Shown one piece after another: positions 62,270-64,000 of a DNA stretch of 64,000 nt (the first letter of the stretch is position 1; each line of letters starts with the position of its first letter). The stretch comes from Octopus sinensis. Its lineage: Eukaryota. Where the stretch lies: contig NC_043021.1 of assembly GCF_006345805.1 (NCBI RefSeq), forward strand, positions 13,702,001 to 13,766,000. The letters run 5' to 3'. A model generated the notes under the pieces. That model was not told where the DNA came from. It saw only the letters and a program-made list of their open reading frames with translations, and did not search any database. The position numbers and the translations under genes were made by a program.

Positions 62270-63180
62270 CTGTCATCACCACTACCATCATCATCACCAT
62301 TGCCATCACCATTGTCATCACCACTGCCATCATCATCATCGCCATCACCATCATCATTGTCATCACCACTGCTACCGTCATCATCATCTCCACTACTCTT
62401 CCTGCTACCATCCTAACCACCTATACCACCACCACTATAGTTGTCGTCATACGTCAGTCAGCAGGTTTTTTTTTATATATTTCGTTCAATATATCAATTT
62501 TTTTTTCCTTCCATATTTCTTTTTTAATGTGGAATTAATGTGATGATAGGATATTGGGGAAGAGAATCGGCTCAGCACCACTTACTACAACAGCAACAAC
62601 CCAACACTACCACCACCACCACCAGCACCACTGTCACTGCCACCAATACTGTGGTTGCTAGCACCGCTATCACCACCACCACCACCACCACCATTACAAA
62701 TACTGTTGTTAGCAGCATCATCACCACCAACTCTGTCACTAATACTGTAGATACTAGCACCTTTACCACCACCACCAATACTGTGGTTACTAGCAATACT
62801 ATCACTGCCACCACCACTACAATTACTGCCACCTATACCATCACCATCTTAAATATGACCATTAATACTACCTTCAGTACCACTTCCACCACCAACATCT
62901 CTACTACGACTATTATCGTTGGAAACAGACTGATGTTACCACCACCACCACCACCACCACCACCACCACCACCTCTACTACCAATTGCTCCACTGATATG
63001 ATTGAGTGTTATGATACACCACCACTCACACCAGCTTTTTCTCCAGTGACTACAGCAATATCAATATAATATATAATATAATACAATACAGCAACATACC
63101 ACCACCACCACCACCACCACTACTGGCACCAATACCATAACCACCACCACCCAGCAGCAACAACAATGGCAGCAACATCA
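62270..63180. repeat. (CCA)/(CAT)/(CTA) triplet low-complexity tracts
   Basis: Directly visible. Source of Thr/His-rich pseudo-ORFs. Confidence 0.9.
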
Positions 63181-63415
63181 TCAATATGAACAGAGCATAA
63201 ATGAAATTGTTACTTTCTCACAAACAATTTTTAACCAGCGCTCAATAGTGCACACATGCAGATATCGCATATCCATACGCATGGCAACATATCACATACG
63301 AAGCTATTACCCATTATGATAGCATATCTTATGTGAGATTGATGCGGCTATTAACCCATACGTAGCTTTTGGTGTGATGATACGCTCTCATATCACATCC
63401 CCATACACATACACG

Positions 63416-63487
<72 letters not shown>

Positions 63488-64000
63488 GTGCGTGTGTGTG
63501 TGTATACACACACATATATATATAATATATACATGTGTTTGTATGTGTGTGTGCCGCATCATACGCAACCATCACACATTCACACTCACATCCGCATGGG
63601 TGTATCATGCGCTATCGTATGTATCATATGCGTAACCAGCAACTATTGACAGTCACATCCATCACTTGTGTGTGTGTGTATGTATTCAGGTTATGTATAC
63701 GATTAACTGTACCCCTCTGAGCATATCAATAGTCTTGAGGCTAATCAAGAAACACACATTGTACTAAATGCCTGGTTCATAATATGCTTTGGATTTATGC
63801 AAGGAATAGGTTCTGATTGATGGAGACATTACATCATAATGAAAAACTGTTTTCATCAGGTGAATACATGAACCACAAAATTCAAGAACATTCAGAATCT
63901 AATGGGACGTGCACCTTTATGATTCCATGACCCTTGTTGGTCATAGAATTCTATATATATATCATCAACATTACCCTGTCCACTGTCAGTTGGAATTTGT

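Larger units (their letters stand above)
30626..64000 (+). other. Inferred syntaxin-1 intron 2 (3' end downstream of window)
   Basis: No VEEIR..MIDKI...KKKHS exon 3 found by eye after the donor at 30626. Confidence 0.6.

Noticed and set aside
62540-63001. Mucin-like Thr/Pro-rich ORF (also 33911-34431, 6855-7170)
   Set aside because: Triplet-repeat low complexity. Such tracts occur on both strands throughout the window.

Overview
This is eukaryotic, AT-rich, microsatellite- and retroposon-dense DNA, most consistent with an octopus (coleoid cephalopod) genome. I found only one host coding exon: 84 nt on the + strand (30542-30625, AVSDDDEAEEVAVQVESGGGFMEEFFEQ) with canonical splice sites, matching exon 2 of neuronal syntaxin-1. 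I could not find exon 1 or exon 3, so the window appears to be two very large introns (>30 kb and >33 kb). They are filled with several tRNA-derived SINE families (labelled A-D here, my own labels), RTE-type LINE fragments and 3' tails, Penelope-derived elements, DNA-transposon relics/MITEs (mariner, pogo, piggyBac, hAT, Helitron), local tandem duplications and simple repeats. The most notable observations are: (1) a strong AG|GTAAGT recursive-splice (ratchet) candidate at 58121/58122; (2) Penelope-type minimal hammerhead ribozyme motifs, including a family with a non-canonical core position 6; (3) a possible editing-complementary sequence just downstream of the exon; (4) a near-identical ~170-bp segment present twice with TACTAAC...AG|GT; (5) a hAT MITE with a fourfold amplified left end. 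Almost all ORFs in the supplied track are microsatellite artefacts. Repeat boundaries are approximate (read by eye) unless TIR/TSD positions are given. Family assignments come from recalled motifs, not database searches.
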